Source of the DNA: an uncultured Verrucomicrobiota bacterium
GTDB lineage: Bacteria; Verrucomicrobiota; Verrucomicrobiia; Limisphaerales; UBA1412
Assembly: GCA_944389455.1 (NCBI GenBank)
Contig: CALXMK010000006.1
Location: 54,966-118,965 of the forward strand
Reading direction: 5' to 3'
DNA length: 64,000 bases
Below, in pieces: positions 51,001-60,352 of this stretch. A model generated the notes under the pieces. It saw nothing but the letters and a program-made list of their open reading frames with translations, made no database searches and was not told the DNA's origin. The first letter of the stretch is position 1. The number at the start of each line of letters is the position of its first letter. The position numbers were made by a program, and so were the translations under genes.

Positions 51001-51287
51001 GCCTTCGAGCTGCTGGCACGGGACTTAATCTTACAGCTGCGTCTTATGTTGTTCTTTATGATCCATGGTGGAATCCAGCAGTAGAAGCCCAAGCTATTGA
51101 TCGCACCCACCGAATTGGACAAACAGCGGCTGTAAATGCATATCGGCTTATATCTCCTGGAACCGTTGAAGAAAAAATTTGGGAACTTCAACAGAAAAAA
51201 TCCAAAACTATTGCTGACGTTCTTGGAGAAAGCGGATTCGCGCAGAATTTAAATAAAAAAGATTTAGAATATCTTTTTTCAGAATAA
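48033..51287 (+). CDS. SNF2-family (SWI2/SNF2) helicase-like ATPase
   Basis: LRSYQ, ILADDMGLGKT, DEAQ, LTGTPLEN, LRQICCHP, VFSQF, DPWWNPAVEAQAIDRTHRIGQ. Confidence 0.95.
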   Translation: MKRRRNTYRKTKYDADNITFSHTYGSLADIRRFVDDSKEDIERRNALLNLIATSDHAQKTWLYLDDYFKQINLTKKDFPDDDWWGKIQSSSGTKRLEVLAIQFIRSNRPLPPELEKYADYEKLATLIQEENNLSLAQELEGWIFDPIRPHLDQPTSNFYLLCELIDCDVYPNEYCLKIRFFISRPRLGQCCRNLQKLRDIQSRSAHEKELFPTQDWQLLEWVLVELKEEDDDVDEIILSAHELHYWLIEWAPSGLLKLKENFENILFQNKIARLEAEVKKEKNTLILHHFIQLENGTQYSLENVKLLAGQPRFILVKNEFFLLSGVKQTKSLGKYFLTPSLPLKHFSTRFIKELCKRKYKCDVPWEEICYSYHAKPRFVMELLDNVVQVKLLAICEKDASHWIWNGNDWDPLDVLKKKNSKKDVSLEYLEDPRLDAAVSWFKKFDWFTPEHGLWITDASEEFFTTLSQHWLNRPMDAEYLGNAGFQHLFLHPRRLRPTLVVSGSGIDWLSVSTEWEMEGMKLTAADIQQLASSNSRFVNLPDAGWVELDLNALHKAQEAMSSFGIDELTPLSQKVSMLNAIHLTDEILSTLSGSGVSVLREKISSFKGIPQVDLPSGIHATLRSYQREGFNFLCFLSDMKIGGILADDMGLGKTIQTLTWLLWIKTQSSKESRLPSLVVCPASVLHNWERESHQFTPGLSVLVIESTGEVRNNLTSQVPKYDLVIINYSLLRRELENLKKCRFSALVLDEAQYIKNPSAQITQAVKQLQSLFRIALTGTPLENSLMDLWSITDFVQPGYLGSQRHFSEVYSPKDESPEIQSFARKKLSARLKPILLRRLKKEVAKDLPDRIDERRDCELTEDQRKLYLAELRHSREIIMKSVREKGLARSKIHVLAALTRLRQICCHPRLVGSDLISGKTEVLFDLLEPLQAENQKVLVFSQFVEMLKILEQECAERKIRTQILTGATKNRQEIVKQFQEDPSPQVFLLSLRAAGTGLNLTAASYVVLYDPWWNPAVEAQAIDRTHRIGQTAAVNAYRLISPGTVEEKIWELQQKKSKTIADVLGESGFAQNLNKKDLEYLFSE

Positions 51288-51303
51288 CTTATAAATATAG
51301 CAA

Positions 51304-51963
51304 ATGAAAAAAATACTATTATCAATCTCCATTATAATATTATCTTTCTCACTTACACTGCAAACCGATGCAGCATGGGAAAAAGAAATGGAATCTTTTA
51401 AAAAACAAGATCAACAAAGTCCTCCTCAACAGGGACAGATTCTATTTGTAGGAAGTTCAACTTTTACACTCTGGAAAACCATGCAAGAGGATATGCCAGA
51501 GATCCCTTTAATTAATCGAGGCTTTGGTGGTTCAAAAGTCACAGATCTAATTGAACATTTTGACACTGTCATTGCTCCCTATCACCCGAAGCAAATAGTA
51601 ATCTACGAAGGAGATAATGATATTGCGTCAGGGATTTCTCCCGAAAAGATTTTAGAAAATTATAAGCAACTTTTACAGAAGATACGAACTCTATATCCGG
51701 AAATCCCTGTTACAGTTATCTCCGTTAAGCCCTGTGAATCCCGTAAAGATAAATTGATTGCTATGGCTGTTTTAAACGATATGCTCAATGTTTGGGCCTC
51801 ACAAACAGAAAATCTTTACTATTTAAACACCTTTAATATCACTCTGAATGCAGAAGGGAGTCCAATCCCTGAATACTTTCTTAAAGATAAGCTGCATCTT
51901 AATGATTTAGGGTATAAAGCTTGGGCTCGTAAAATTAGTAAACACCTCCAATCTATAGACTGA
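51304..51963 (+). CDS. Secreted SGNH/GDSL hydrolase
   Basis: Signal peptide; FVGSS, NRGFGGS, YEGDND, DKLHLN. Confidence 0.9.
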   Translation: MKKILLSISIIILSFSLTLQTDAAWEKEMESFKKQDQQSPPQQGQILFVGSSTFTLWKTMQEDMPEIPLINRGFGGSKVTDLIEHFDTVIAPYHPKQIVIYEGDNDIASGISPEKILENYKQLLQKIRTLYPEIPVTVISVKPCESRKDKLIAMAVLNDMLNVWASQTENLYYLNTFNITLNAEGSPIPEYFLKDKLHLNDLGYKAWARKISKHLQSID

Positions 51964-51977
51964 TTAACAAAATTGAG

Positions 51978-52015
51978 AAAGAGGAGTAAATACTGTATAT
52001 TTTACTCCTCTTTTT
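51978..52015. terminator. Bidirectional intrinsic terminator
   Basis: AAAGAGGAGTAAA...TTTACTCCTCTTTTT between convergent genes. Confidence 0.8.
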
Positions 52016-52046
52016 GATTATTACCTAAATTCCGCCTAGCGAAATT

Positions 52047-52325
52047 TTATAAATTTGTTAGATCTGCATCAGGATATAATTCATGGATTCTTTTTCGAAT
52101 GCGTTGAATCTCTTCCGGTGGATATCTACGACGATTAGCTCCTCTTTTTACTGCATCAAGGAGATGAAGCCAATCTTCTAAAGGAGGATTTTTTAAATCT
52201 TCCCAACACTCAAAACGTTTATAACGCCAATAAAATTTCCAGATATCACCTACATGGTGAGCATAAACTTGAATTTTCTCACCCTCTTCATTGATGCGTT
52301 TCCAACCTATCTCTGCTTTAGGCAT
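52047..52325 (-). CDS. Small hypothetical protein
   Basis: Overlaps the ispF stop; protein-like sequence (PPLEDWLHLLDAVKR). Confidence 0.75.
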   Translation of the reverse strand: MPKAEIGWKRINEEGEKIQVYAHHVGDIWKFYWRYKRFECWEDLKNPPLEDWLHLLDAVKRGANRRRYPPEEIQRIRKRIHELYPDADLTNL

Positions 52326-52824
52326 AAGAAGAATTAAAAGTAGGTGTTTCAGGTAACGCTACAGAAGCAACTGCCATAGCAGCAATCCCCTCCCTACGAC
52401 CAACAAAGCCAAGTGTTTCATTTGTAGTCGCTTTTACTCCAACAACAGCCGCATTAACATTCAATGCTGCTGCGATTTGATGTTTCATGCTGTTAATATA
52501 AGGAGCAACTTTGGGGACCTCTGCAATCAGGGTACTGTCTACATTAACAATTCTTCCTCCTCTTAGCGCAATTAATCTGGAAATCTCTTGAAGAAAAACC
52601 TTACTTCTCACATTCTTCCATCGATCATCAGTATTAGGGAAAAAATGCCCAATATCTACTTCTCCGATTGCTCCAAGTAATGCATCGCAGATTGCGTGAA
52701 TTAAAGCATCTGCATCTGAATGCCCCTCTAGTCCTAGCGAATGTGGAATTTCCACTCCTCCCAGAAAAAGTTTTCTATCCCCAACCAACTTGTGTACATC
52801 ATAGCCAATACCGACTCTATACAT
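52318..52824 (-). CDS. ispF: 2-C-methyl-D-erythritol 2,4-cyclodiphosphate synthase
   Basis: MYRVGIGYDVH, GHSDAD, DIGHFFP, KATTNE. Start placed at ATG 52824 (track: 52833). Confidence 0.96.
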   Translation of the reverse strand: MYRVGIGYDVHKLVGDRKLFLGGVEIPHSLGLEGHSDADALIHAICDALLGAIGEVDIGHFFPNTDDRWKNVRSKVFLQEISRLIALRGGRIVNVDSTLIAEVPKVAPYINSMKHQIAAALNVNAAVVGVKATTNETLGFVGRREGIAAMAVASVALPETPTFNSSYA

Positions 52825-52916
52825 AACAGGCATTGTGCCCGATTTTTATTTGCAAGGCAAGCCCAGGCGGGCTCATAATAGAGACGGCATAAAGTGACTT
52901 TGCCATTAAGTTTATT

Positions 52917-53933
52917 ATGATCATTGTATTAAGACCAAATATTTCTAAAGAAGAAGAGGATTGCGTCCTTAAAGAAATTGAACTTCGCGGATATAAGCCG
53001 CATGTAATGCGAGGAGTAAGTCGAGTTGTAATAGGTGCTGTTGGAGATGAGCAGAGTCACCAGAGTCTTGTTACTCTAGCCTCTTGGAAACAGGTAGAAA
53101 GTGTAACCCGTATACAGAAACGCTATAAATTAGTTAGCCGTGAAGCCCAAGAAAAAAACACCGTTATCACAATAAATGATCAAGTCAAAATTGGAGATAA
53201 AAAAGTACATCTCATGGCGGGACCCTGCTCTGTAGAAAATGAAAAACAATTAATGCACATTGCAGAAAATGTGAAAAAAAATGGAGCAACAATCCTGCGA
53301 GGAGGGGCTTTTAAACCCAGAACCTCTCCTTATGACTTTCAGGGACTGGGAGAAAATGGGCTTAAATTATTGGCAAAGGCTCGAGAAGCAACCGGCTTAG
53401 CTATTGTCACAGAATGTCTTTCTGAAGATCATGTAGAAATGGTTGCCGAATATGCAGACATTATTCAGATTGGAACTAGAAACGCTCAAAATTTTCAATT
53501 ACTGATTGCCGCATCACACACTGGAAAGCCTATTTTACTGAAGAGAGGAGCTTCAATGAGAATTGAAGAATGGCTTCTAGCTGGCGAATATATTCTCAGC
53601 AATGGCAATCCAAACCTGCTTTTTTGTGAGAGAGGCATCAGGACTTTTGAGACATACACTCGAAATACTCTCGATCTGACATCAATTCCCATCTTAAAGC
53701 AAGAGACACACTGCCCTATCGTCATCGATCCTTCTCAGGGATGTGGAAGTGCTAAACTAGTAGAATCTCTTTGTATTGGCGCTGTATCCATGGGGGCAGA
53801 TGCGTTATTAATTGAAGTTCATCCAGATCCAGCACATGCTCTATCTGACGGACCTCAACAAGTAACATTAGAAGACTTTGCCAAGCTGACAAAGGATTTA
53901 AAACCTTTTCTCGATGCTGTTGGAAGAGAATAG
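52917..53933 (+). CDS. aroF: 3-deoxy-7-phosphoheptulonate (DAHP) synthase, class I-beta with N-terminal regulatory domain
   Basis: AGPCSVE, RGGAFKPRTSPY, QIGTRN, LKRG, CERGIRTFE. Confidence 0.94.
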   Translation: MIIVLRPNISKEEEDCVLKEIELRGYKPHVMRGVSRVVIGAVGDEQSHQSLVTLASWKQVESVTRIQKRYKLVSREAQEKNTVITINDQVKIGDKKVHLMAGPCSVENEKQLMHIAENVKKNGATILRGGAFKPRTSPYDFQGLGENGLKLLAKAREATGLAIVTECLSEDHVEMVAEYADIIQIGTRNAQNFQLLIAASHTGKPILLKRGASMRIEEWLLAGEYILSNGNPNLLFCERGIRTFETYTRNTLDLTSIPILKQETHCPIVIDPSQGCGSAKLVESLCIGAVSMGADALLIEVHPDPAHALSDGPQQVTLEDFAKLTKDLKPFLDAVGRE

Positions 53934-53965
53934 ATTATAAAAGATTATACTAATTTAGAATTAGA

Positions 53966-54712
53966 TTAACCTTCGGATGAAATTATTTGATTTTGAAGGT
54001 TAATGAGTTTTTTTATTCCACCTTGAGCTAATGTGATTAACTTTTGAAGTTGTTGGCTTGTAAAAAAACCCTTTTCGGCTGTACCTTGAATTTCACAAAA
54101 CTCATCATCTGAAGTCATCACTACATTCATATCTACTTCAGCGATGGAGTCTTCTTGATAATTCAAATCTAATAATACCTCTCCATTTACAATCCCTACA
54201 CTAACTGCTGCAACTGATTTAAAAACAGGATCTTTCTCTAGTTTCTTTTCAGTTAATAATTTATCTAAAGCCAACCGTAGAGCGACAAAACCTCCTGTAA
54301 TGCTGGCAGTTCTGGTCCCTCCATCAGCCTGAATTACATCACAATCTATATAAATAGATCGCTGGCCCAACAACTTTAAATCCACGGCAGAGCGTAATAC
54401 TCTTCCTATTAGGCGTTGAATTTCCTGACTGCGACCATCGATCTTTCCTCGTGAAATATCACGTGATTTGCGCTGAATTGTACTGTACGGAAGCATAGAA
54501 TATTCCGCAGTAATCCATCCTCCTTCAGATCCCTGCTCTTTCATCCAACGAGGGATTGATTCCTCAACAGTAGCAGCACAAAGAACCTGTGTATTTCCAC
54601 AACGGATTAGCACTGATCCTAATGCATGAGGTGCTATGCCTTTAACAAAAGAGATTTCTCTCAGATCATTTCCTTTTCGTCCGTCAACACGAATTAACTG
54701 ATTTAAGCTCAT
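53966..54712 (-). CDS. rph: Ribonuclease PH
   Basis: GWITAEYSMLP, GRSQEIQRLIGR, QADGGTRTASITG, EIQGTAE. Confidence 0.97.
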   Translation of the reverse strand: MSLNQLIRVDGRKGNDLREISFVKGIAPHALGSVLIRCGNTQVLCAATVEESIPRWMKEQGSEGGWITAEYSMLPYSTIQRKSRDISRGKIDGRSQEIQRLIGRVLRSAVDLKLLGQRSIYIDCDVIQADGGTRTASITGGFVALRLALDKLLTEKKLEKDPVFKSVAAVSVGIVNGEVLLDLNYQEDSIAEVDMNVVMTSDDEFCEIQGTAEKGFFTSQQLQKLITLAQGGIKKLINLQNQIISSEG

Positions 54713-54731
54713 AAATTTTAAAAGAAGAGTA

Positions 54732-55529
54732 TTAAGGTAGGATAACTAAAATTGCGGCCATTAACATCATTCCAGCTACTAACGCATAAATAGATAGATG
54801 ATGTTCGCCATATTCTTCTGCTGAGGGCAATAATTCATCTATTGATATAAAAATCATAATACCGGCAATTCCAGCAAGAATTATTCCAAAAAAGAGATCA
54901 TCAATAAGAGGTCTTAAAAACAAGTATCCCACAAGTCCTCCAATCGGCTCCGATAATCCTGATAAAAAAGAATAAATAAAAGCTTTTTTGCGGCTACCAG
55001 TTCCCGCAAAAATTGTTACAAAAACGGCTATTCCTTCCGGGATATTATGAATGGCGACAGCTAGTACAATAGGAAGAGAGATTTCAGGTTCTTGAAAACC
55101 GGAAAAAAATGCCGCAATCCCTTCCGGGAAATTATGGATAGAAATCGCAAGTGCAGTCATAATCCCGACATTCATGAGCCGTGGATTTTTATTTTCTTTT
55201 GCAGAGAGATGAAATTCATGGGGATTCTCAAAATCTGGAATAATTTTGTCAATTAATCCAATTAAAAACATCCCACTGAAAAAGAAAACAGCAGTTGCTA
55301 TTTCTCCTTTTTTGACTCCCATTGCACGAGTAAGAAAATCACTGGCATCAGGATACATTTCGATCATCGATATATAGATCATAACACCAGCCGAAAACCC
55401 TAGTCCAATAGAAAGCAATTTTGAATTAATCTTTTTAGCAAAAAAAGAAACAGCACTTCCAATTCCTGTTGAAAGACCGGCAATCATTGTCAACAAGAAT
55501 GGATACCAGATATTATTTGCAGGATCCAT
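54732..55529 (-). CDS. zupT: ZIP-family zinc transporter ZupT
   Basis: GFSAGVMIYIS, ENPHE, HNFPEG, HNIPEG, SGLSEP, DELLP. Confidence 0.93.
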   Translation of the reverse strand: MDPANNIWYPFLLTMIAGLSTGIGSAVSFFAKKINSKLLSIGLGFSAGVMIYISMIEMYPDASDFLTRAMGVKKGEIATAVFFFSGMFLIGLIDKIIPDFENPHEFHLSAKENKNPRLMNVGIMTALAISIHNFPEGIAAFFSGFQEPEISLPIVLAVAIHNIPEGIAVFVTIFAGTGSRKKAFIYSFLSGLSEPIGGLVGYLFLRPLIDDLFFGIILAGIAGIMIFISIDELLPSAEEYGEHHLSIYALVAGMMLMAAILVILP

Positions 55530-55589
55530 ATAAGATTAAAGTAACAAAAGCTTTTTTAGCTCCTAGAATAGGAAAATATATAAGGGGAC

Positions 55590-55628
55590 AAAACAAACGT
55601 CCGTTAATCCTATTTTAACTAACGGACG
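55590..55628 (-). terminator. Intrinsic terminator of nagB
   Basis: CGTCCGTTA/TAACGGACG stem followed by TTTGTTTT on the minus strand. Confidence 0.7.
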
Positions 55629-55654
55629 CTAAATTAATTTAATAATAATGAGCT

Positions 55655-56443
55655 CTAGGTTCTAAAAGGAGCCCATTCAGGTTGATGGTTAAAAGACCAA
55701 TCGTAATATTCGCGATTCTTCAAATGCAGAGCACAATTTTCATCTACAATCACAACTGCATGACGATGCCATTGCAGTGCAGATGCAGTAACCTTTGCAC
55801 AAAAAGGTCCTTCAATAGCTTCAGCCAAGATTTCTGCTTTAGATGCTCCTGTTGCCAACATAATACACCTTTGACTATCTAGGATTGTTCCCACCCCCAT
55901 AGTAATCGCTCTTCTTGGCATCTTATCTGGCCCTCCAAAATATCCAGCATTCTGACGTATTGTAATAGGGTTAAGTTGTTTAACCCTTGTTCTACTCTGC
56001 AATGAAGACATTGGTTCATTAAAACCAATATGGCCATCCAATCCTATTCCAAGCAGCTGAATATCAATCCCTCCAGCATTCCAAATAGCTTCCTCATATT
56101 CCAAACATTCAGCTTTGAGATCACTTGCCATCCCATTTGGGATATGTGTATTCCGCTTGTCTATATTGATATGGTCAAACAAGTGAGTATTCATAAAATA
56201 GCGGTAAGAAGCAGGATGATCTCCGTTTAAACCTACATATTCATCAAGATTAAAAGTTTTACAAAGAGAAAAGTCCAACCCTTCTTTGTGGTGCATCTCA
56301 ATCAAGTTAGTATAAACCGGTTCAACGGTTGCACCCGTCGCTAATCCTAAGACAGCAGCAGGATTTTTCCTAACTTCTGCCGCAATAATCTTTGCGGTAA
56401 GCAGAGCCGCAGCCTCTCTTGTTGGCTGAATAATAACTTCCAT
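55655..56443 (-). CDS. nagB: Glucosamine-6-phosphate deaminase
   Basis: GLATG, FNLDEYVGL, GIGLDGHIGFNEP, AITMGVGTI; catalytic residues intact. Confidence 0.95.
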   Translation of the reverse strand: MEVIIQPTREAAALLTAKIIAAEVRKNPAAVLGLATGATVEPVYTNLIEMHHKEGLDFSLCKTFNLDEYVGLNGDHPASYRYFMNTHLFDHINIDKRNTHIPNGMASDLKAECLEYEEAIWNAGGIDIQLLGIGLDGHIGFNEPMSSLQSRTRVKQLNPITIRQNAGYFGGPDKMPRRAITMGVGTILDSQRCIMLATGASKAEILAEAIEGPFCAKVTASALQWHRHAVVIVDENCALHLKNREYYDWSFNHQPEWAPFRT

Positions 56444-56561
56444 AACTATATTTTATTTATATCCAGAAATTAATTTCTGAATGATTTCTACTTAGCTGAA
56501 CGTTTTATTTGCAGATTCCTCTTCATTGCCGACCAATGTCTGCAAAACACGTTCAACTGTT

Positions 56562-56590
56562 ATTTTAATAATTTTATCCCTCGTTGTCCA
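56562..56590 (-). promoter_or_regulatory. Putative sigma70 promoter of nagB
   Basis: TGGACA-17 nt-TAAAAT directly upstream of a structured leader. Confidence 0.55.
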
Positions 56591-56780
56591 GTTTAGATCA
56601 TAAATGAAAATGAAAAACAGTTTTCTTTTTAGCTTTTACAGTTTTCTCAATTTACATACGCAAAATCATTCTTTTGTTGAATTTCACAGAATAAAAACTC
56701 GTCTCCCAAGCTGTTATTTAATAAAATATCCATTAATAGCGTATAAGCATCGCTAGCCATATTCATTGTGCGGTGGAAAT

Positions 56781-58019
56781 ATGATATCAGATATATTAGA
56801 GCAAATAAAGATACAGATTAAGAGAGTCAAGACTGCTAATGGTTTTTATTCTCAAAAATTAAAAGATATCAATATTGAAGATATCAAAGAATTTTCAGAT
56901 TTTGAACAACTTCCCTTTTCAGAAAAAGATAATTTAAGAGAAGCATATCCATTGGGGCTTTCTGTTGTGCCGGAAGAAAGAATTGTCCGCATTCATTCTT
57001 CCAGTGGAACGACTGGCACTCCTGTTATCGTTCCTTATACACAAAAAGACGTAGATGATTGGGCTCTTTTGTTTAAAAGATGCTATGAGATTGCTGGAGT
57101 ATCACCTTTGGATCGTATTCATATCACTCCAGGCTATGGTCTTTGGACTGCAGGGATCGGTTTTCAATTGGGCGCTGAAAAATTAGGCGCTATGACAATC
57201 CCAATGGGTCCTGGTAATACAAACAAGCAATTGAACTTCATGATTGACCTCAAATCAACCGTTTTATGTGCAACATCTTCTTATGCACTTCTGCTTGCGG
57301 AAGAAATTTCTAGGCGTGGACTTCACGATAAAATCCATCTTAAAAAAGGGATTATCGGCTCTGAACGCTGGGGCGAAAAGATGAGGGAGCGGATTGCTAC
57401 TGAATTAGGTGTAGAACTTTATGATATCTATGGGCTTACAGAAATTTATGGACCAGGAATAGCTATCAACTGTACCCATCATACAGGAATGCACTACTTC
57501 AATGATTTCCTTTATATTGAGGTTATTGACCCCAAAACAGGCAAAGTCCTCCCCGAAGGACAAACTGGAGAACTTGTTATTACCACACTTAAAAAAGATG
57601 CAGCTCCGCTGATCCGCTATCGCACTCACGATCTCTCGCGTATAATCCCATCAAATTCTCCATGTCCATGTGGTCGGCCTTACCCCAGAATTGATGTCAT
57701 TCTTGGAAGAACAGATGACATGATTAAAGTAAAAGGGGTTAATATTTTCCCAGCACAATTTGATTCTGTTCTCAAAAAAATAAAAGATGTCTCTAGCGAA
57801 TATCAAATTATGATAGATCACTTAGAGGGCAAAGATACTGTTACTCTATTCTTTGAAACACCTGTTGCGGAACATTCCATGCTAAAAAGAATCGAAGCTG
57901 ATGTGAAAATTCAATGTAAATCAGATATAGGTATCAGTGTTAATCCCAAAGGGGTTGCAATTGGAGAACTCCCACGAAGCGAGAAAAAAACGACGCGAAT
58001 CTTTGATAATAGATACTAG
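56781..58019 (+). CDS. paaK: Phenylacetate--CoA ligase family protein
   Basis: RIHSSSGTTG, YGLWTAG, DIYGLTE, GELVITT, RYRTHD, GRTDDMIKVKGVN. Start ATG 56781 (track: TTG 56766). Confidence 0.88.
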   Translation: MISDILEQIKIQIKRVKTANGFYSQKLKDINIEDIKEFSDFEQLPFSEKDNLREAYPLGLSVVPEERIVRIHSSSGTTGTPVIVPYTQKDVDDWALLFKRCYEIAGVSPLDRIHITPGYGLWTAGIGFQLGAEKLGAMTIPMGPGNTNKQLNFMIDLKSTVLCATSSYALLLAEEISRRGLHDKIHLKKGIIGSERWGEKMRERIATELGVELYDIYGLTEIYGPGIAINCTHHTGMHYFNDFLYIEVIDPKTGKVLPEGQTGELVITTLKKDAAPLIRYRTHDLSRIIPSNSPCPCGRPYPRIDVILGRTDDMIKVKGVNIFPAQFDSVLKKIKDVSSEYQIMIDHLEGKDTVTLFFETPVAEHSMLKRIEADVKIQCKSDIGISVNPKGVAIGELPRSEKKTTRIFDNRY

Positions 58020-58048
58020 TATTTTTCAATAACTAAAGGAGAAATAAA

Positions 58049-59581
58049 TTGAAATTGCATTTGAAATATTATCTTAAAAAGGAAATTATTTTTCATCCTG
58101 GAATAAAAAAATACCTGTTTGGGATATGCATTCTATCCATCATGCAGTTTCAAAATGCTTCTGGTTCAATATTTGATTTTCTATCTTTGAGTGAAGAAAG
58201 CTCTCCTCAGAAACTATCTTCATCCGAAGAATATTCTGTTCGTTTTACACTAGAACATGATTATCAGGCTTATGGACCTTGGGCTTTCTATCAAGAAGAA
58301 TATAATGCCGCAGACCAATCCCAATTTACAGTTCCTATCCTTTTTTCGTACAATAGAATACGAGATATCGATCTAATGGAATTGGATTTTCTCTACCCTA
58401 TTTTTACAATAGATCGATTCGAAAAAGAATATAGACTCCAACTTTTTCAAATTTTAAATTGGGTAGGTGGTCAAAATTCTGAAGGAGAAATAACTAAACG
58501 TTATACACTATTCCCTCTCCTTTTTTATCAAGAATCTACTATTCCCAATAATAATTATTGGGGAATAATGCCATTCTATGGGAATATACGCAATCGGCTG
58601 TGGAGAGATGAAATCAACTATATCATGCTCCCCTTCTACGTCCAGACTCGCAAAAAAGATATAATCACAAAAAATTATCTTTATCCTTTTGTTCATATGC
58701 GTAAAGGTGAGCATCTAAAAGGATGGCAATTTTGGCCATTTATTGGGCAAGAACAGAAGGAATTCAGCATTTGTACGGATATTTGGGGAGATGAAGTGAC
58801 CATTCCTGGGCATGACAAAAGATTTTATTTCTGGCCTATCGGAATTAGTCAAAAAACCGGTATTGGTTCGGAAAATCCGGAAAATTTTTGGGGGATTATC
58901 CCTTTTTATGCACAGATGCGTTCTCCAAATCGTGACTATTCCGTGGTTCTATGGCCTTTTTTTAATTGGGTAAATGATAGAGGCAGAGCTTACCGGGAAT
59001 GGAGTATGCCATATCCATTTTTTGTTTTTGCTCGAGGTGAAGGCAAAACAACTAACCGGGTATTTCCTTTTTTCAGTTTTTCATCCAGTCCGACACAAGA
59101 ACGGAATTTTATTCTTTGGCCATTCTGGAAAGAAACCTCTTTTGATAATCAGATCATACAAACTAAGCGAGAACGAATACTGTTTTATCTTTACTCCGAT
59201 AAGGAAGAGCATTATACCGAATTTAACAAATCCTCCTTCAGAACAGATTTGTGGCCTCTGTTCTCGACAATTCTTACAACAGATAATATTTATATCGTAG
59301 ATATGCTTTCTCCTGTTGCCCCTCTCTTTCATAGCAATAAATCAGTTGCTAGAAATTGGACTCCTGCTTTTTCAATATGGCATCTGGAGGAAAACAGGGA
59401 AACCGGTTCTTTTAAAGAATCATTTTTTTGGAATTTTTATCGCCATGAACAAAAGCAAAAGCAAAAGAGATGGGGACTTTTTTGGGGACTTATTGAGTAT
59501 GTTAAAGATCAAGAACATGGAAATTACTGGAGAATTTTTTATTCTCCTGATAGGAGTCGGGTTAAAGAATCTCGTAAATAA
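58049..59581 (+). CDS. Exported aromatic-rich repeat protein of unknown function
   Basis: Signal-like N-terminus; about 20 short repeats centred on (F/L/I)-(W/F/Y)-P-(F/I/L)-(F/Y). Confidence 0.8.
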   Translation: MKLHLKYYLKKEIIFHPGIKKYLFGICILSIMQFQNASGSIFDFLSLSEESSPQKLSSSEEYSVRFTLEHDYQAYGPWAFYQEEYNAADQSQFTVPILFSYNRIRDIDLMELDFLYPIFTIDRFEKEYRLQLFQILNWVGGQNSEGEITKRYTLFPLLFYQESTIPNNNYWGIMPFYGNIRNRLWRDEINYIMLPFYVQTRKKDIITKNYLYPFVHMRKGEHLKGWQFWPFIGQEQKEFSICTDIWGDEVTIPGHDKRFYFWPIGISQKTGIGSENPENFWGIIPFYAQMRSPNRDYSVVLWPFFNWVNDRGRAYREWSMPYPFFVFARGEGKTTNRVFPFFSFSSSPTQERNFILWPFWKETSFDNQIIQTKRERILFYLYSDKEEHYTEFNKSSFRTDLWPLFSTILTTDNIYIVDMLSPVAPLFHSNKSVARNWTPAFSIWHLEENRETGSFKESFFWNFYRHEQKQKQKRWGLFWGLIEYVKDQEHGNYWRIFYSPDRSRVKESRK

Positions 59582-59611
59582 TATAATCACAACATAAATG
59601 AGGGTTATCTT

Positions 59612-60352
59612 ATGTTCAAAAACCTGGGAGAAATAATCATACTATTTTATAAAACCATACTTGAGTTAAAAAAAATTCCAACTCAATTACCTAAAATTCT
59701 TTTTTTTCTTTTTGAAATGGGCAATGCCAGTCTACTTATGGCTGGAATTGTCTCTATCTTTATGGGAGGGATTCTGGCTTTGCAAATGGCTCCACAAATG
59801 GCTCAGCATGGAATAACCGGAGTTGTCGGAGGAATCATCGGCTTGGCAATGGCTAAGGAACTATCTCCTGTGCTAATGGCTATTTTAATCATTGGCAGAG
59901 TCGGTTCTGCAATGACTGCCGAAATCGGTTCTATGAAAGTTTATAACGAGATAGATGCTCTGCAGACAATGAATATTAACCCTATTCGTTTTCTAGTTCT
60001 CCCCAGAATGACTGCTATTGGCATCGTACTGCCAATGCTCACTTTATTCTCCATGCTTGTTGGTTGGATAGGAGGTTTAGCGGTAAGCTATTTTAATCAA
60101 ACAGCGGCTATTACCATCGAAGGATACTTTGAGAGTTTGGAATCTAATGTAAATGTCTCTGATATTTTAGAAGGATTAGTGAAGAGTTTTATTTTCGCTT
60201 TAAGCATTGGAATTATATCCTGTCATCAAGGATTGATAACTCGAGGAGGTCCTCGTGGTATTGGGCGCAGTGTAACTAAATCCGTTGTAAATTCCATCGT
60301 TGCCATAATGATTCTTGATTATATTATAACCCGTTTCATTCTATTTATCTGA
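59612..60352 (+). CDS. mlaE: MlaE-family ABC permease
   Basis: KELSPVLMA, GRVGSAMTAEIGSMKV, EIDALQTMNINP, GIGRSVTKSVV. Confidence 0.93.
   Translation: MFKNLGEIIILFYKTILELKKIPTQLPKILFFLFEMGNASLLMAGIVSIFMGGILALQMAPQMAQHGITGVVGGIIGLAMAKELSPVLMAILIIGRVGSAMTAEIGSMKVYNEIDALQTMNINPIRFLVLPRMTAIGIVLPMLTLFSMLVGWIGGLAVSYFNQTAAITIEGYFESLESNVNVSDILEGLVKSFIFALSIGIISCHQGLITRGGPRGIGRSVTKSVVNSIVAIMILDYIITRFILFI

Noticed and set aside
48033-51963. SNF2 helicase as part of an anti-phage defence system
   Set aside because: No methylase, nuclease or other defence genes are adjacent; the context is housekeeping.
56490-56600. glmS ribozyme or leader peptide upstream of nagB
   Set aside because: An ACGAGG is present but the AGCGCC core and P2 architecture are not. 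The open frame through the hairpin has no nearby start codon.
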